A DNA stretch of 62,727 nt, filler included, from Rhabdomonas costata (taxonomy: Eukaryota), in the NCBI GenBank assembly GCA_019059605.1. It is 46 parts of 46 records of this genome, joined end to end, with 100 filler letters (N's around TTAATTAATTAA, not from the genome) between each part and the next. Parts side by side here need not be neighbours in the genome. Positions count along the whole stretch, not along the records: positions 60,098 to 61,362 come from JAHMHO010021373.1; positions 61,463 to 62,727 come from JAHMHO010021374.1; 44 more parts are not named here. The stretch is one strand, 5' to 3'. Numbering within the stretch: position 1 is the first letter of the stretch; each line of letters starts with the position of its first letter. The translations under genes were made by a program, and so were the position numbers. The notes below the pieces were generated by a model that saw only the letters and a program-made list of their open reading frames with translations, was not told where the DNA came from and did not search any database. This document shows positions 61,131-62,727 of this stretch, piece after piece.

Positions 61131-61538
61131 ATGCCATCCCAATGCCCATTGCAAAGGACCAGACATGAAGATCAGTCACTCTCACGGCGATCATCGGGTT
61201 CAGCATATGACTTGGCAAGGGCAGCAGACCAGGCATACACTGTACTCACTCACACAGAGGCGACCAGGTGCACTCGATCCAAGAAATAGGAATCACCGGC
61301 GTTTATTGCGCCGTAAGTTGCTGCTTTTGAGAAGATGCAAGGGTGCAGCAATCCCCCAAAAANNNNNNNNNNNNNNNNNNNNNNNNNNNNNNNNNNNNNN
61401 NNNNNNTTAATTAATTAANNNNNNNNNNNNNNNNNNNNNNNNNNNNNNNNNNNNNNNNNNNNTTTGGGGAGGGAGTGTGGAGTGGGGGTTGGGTGGGAAA
61501 ACAGAGGCAGGCAGAGGTTGCTCGCTAGCCAGACATGC

Positions 61539-62348
61539 CTTAAGGTCCGCGTCGTCCGCAAAGTAGCGCTTGCCACTCTGGGCACCTAGAAAGAGCCGAT
61601 CACAGCTAAAAGCAATCATGAGATTTCGGCTGATCCTACGCCCCTCTCCTCAAGGGCACCACTGCGGTTGTGGTGGTACGCTGGTTTCTTATCCGTGGTG
61701 CTGAGTTGCTTCTACAAATAAGGCTGTAAGACAAGTATTTTGAACTGTAGTGATTATCTGTTCAAGAGATGGTTTGTACAATTGCGGTAGCGACACTGAC
61801 ACAAAGATACAACAGAGATCGGAAAATTTGGGGGTGGAGACAAACTAAACAAACAGAGAGAGAGGATGGAGGTTTTTTTGATCCCCCGTGTGCTCTGGGA
61901 ACCGCGATGCAATTCGATTACCGGTAGGAAATCCAAAAATGCTACCTGGCCGGCCCTCCGTGCAAAAAGAACGCGCAAAATCCGCGAGCACCTTTCTTCA
62001 TCATGGCCTCCACAGAGCCCATTCCACGGTATGCCTTGACTCGCACCCCTAAAACACAAAAAGCAGAAAACTGGAACGAAAAGTGTCTGAGAAAAGAAAA
62101 GGGGCTTGCTCACACGAAGGGAAGGTGTGCTTATTACGGCCACGTGCAGCAAAGCGTGCTTACAGCAATGCAAAGAGAAAAGTGAAGACGTGGGGCCACA
62201 GGTCTAAACAGGGAAAAACAGCGGAAGAGCTCGAAAGATGCGCAGTGGAAGCCATGCCACTGGCGTCGAAGAAGAACTGCCCCGGGGACTCCGTAGTGCC
62301 TGCCAGCATGGACCCCATCATCACAGTGGACGCCCCCAATGCAGTGGC
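61539..62348 (-). CDS. IMPDH: Inosine-5'-monophosphate dehydrogenase, exons 62258-62348, 61992-62048 and 61539-61585
   Basis: Spliced [65 protein letters not shown] contains [22 protein letters not shown] and the flap RY. Confidence 0.93.
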
Positions 62349-62727
62349 CTGAGATTCCCACCAACACACTCCCCCAGCCATTGAGAAAAAGGAAACAACC
62401 AACATAACAGCCATGAATTATCTAGTCAGGTCGTATGTACAACTACGCGCCGGCACGGCAGAATTGCGAATGATCGAAATATGGTGACGTCGTGGAAACG
62501 CCGAGCATGCGTGTCTGTGCTGCAAGCGTATGCGTCACTTTGCTCTGAAAAAAGGAGCGAAAAGATCTCGGACAACCAGAAGGACCAGATAGCCCACGTC
62601 ACCACTCTTCTGCAAACAACCTTTTCGACTTGAATAACCTTTTCTGAAGGGGTTGGAATTGAAGACTATTCCTTGCCCCACCCCACCCCAACATGAAACA
62701 GACAATCCCTTGTCTTCGTCTTGTATT

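Noticed and set aside
1268-61462. Regularly spaced TTAATTAATTAA 'repeat array' with about 1.27-kb unique spacers
   Set aside because: It is an artificial linker embedded in N runs, not a CRISPR, integron or biological array. ORFs running into X residues are artefacts.
1-62727. rRNA, intact tRNA, spliced-leader RNA genes, telomeric repeats, operon-like systems
   Set aside because: None was recognised by eye. Multi-gene systems cannot be inferred because neighbouring contigs are unlinked.

Overview
This is not a continuous locus. It is 46 unrelated contigs of about 1.26-1.27 kb, joined by artificial 100-nt spacers (N44-TTAATTAATTAA-N44), so no synteny can be read across spacers. Contig ends are G/T-only at the left and A/C-only at the right. 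One end (60098-60114) matches the GenomePlex-type whole-genome-amplification primer, which points to a low-input amplified, fragmented assembly. Most contigs hold short exons with GT(GC)-AG introns from a flagellated eukaryote; a euglenozoan/euglenid-like protist is my inference, not proven. Recognisable fragments: OvoA, IMPDH, SPEF2/CPC1, an NVL/Rix7 AAA ATPase, an ABCG/PDR transporter, an M23 peptidase, a STELLO/DUF288-like protein, a La-motif protein, a Kelch protein, a TM-HAMP receptor, an R-S-E (ExE) mono-ADP-ribosyltransferase, pseudogenes of a phospholipase B-like protein and an acyl-CoA dehydrogenase, and a decayed CRE-like RLE non-LTR retrotransposon. The most unusual items are a very AT-rich, intronless, gene-dense virus-like contig (27318-28581), the toxin-type ART gene, and several cross-contig or structured repeat families. 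All family assignments are by-eye motif recognition, not database searches.
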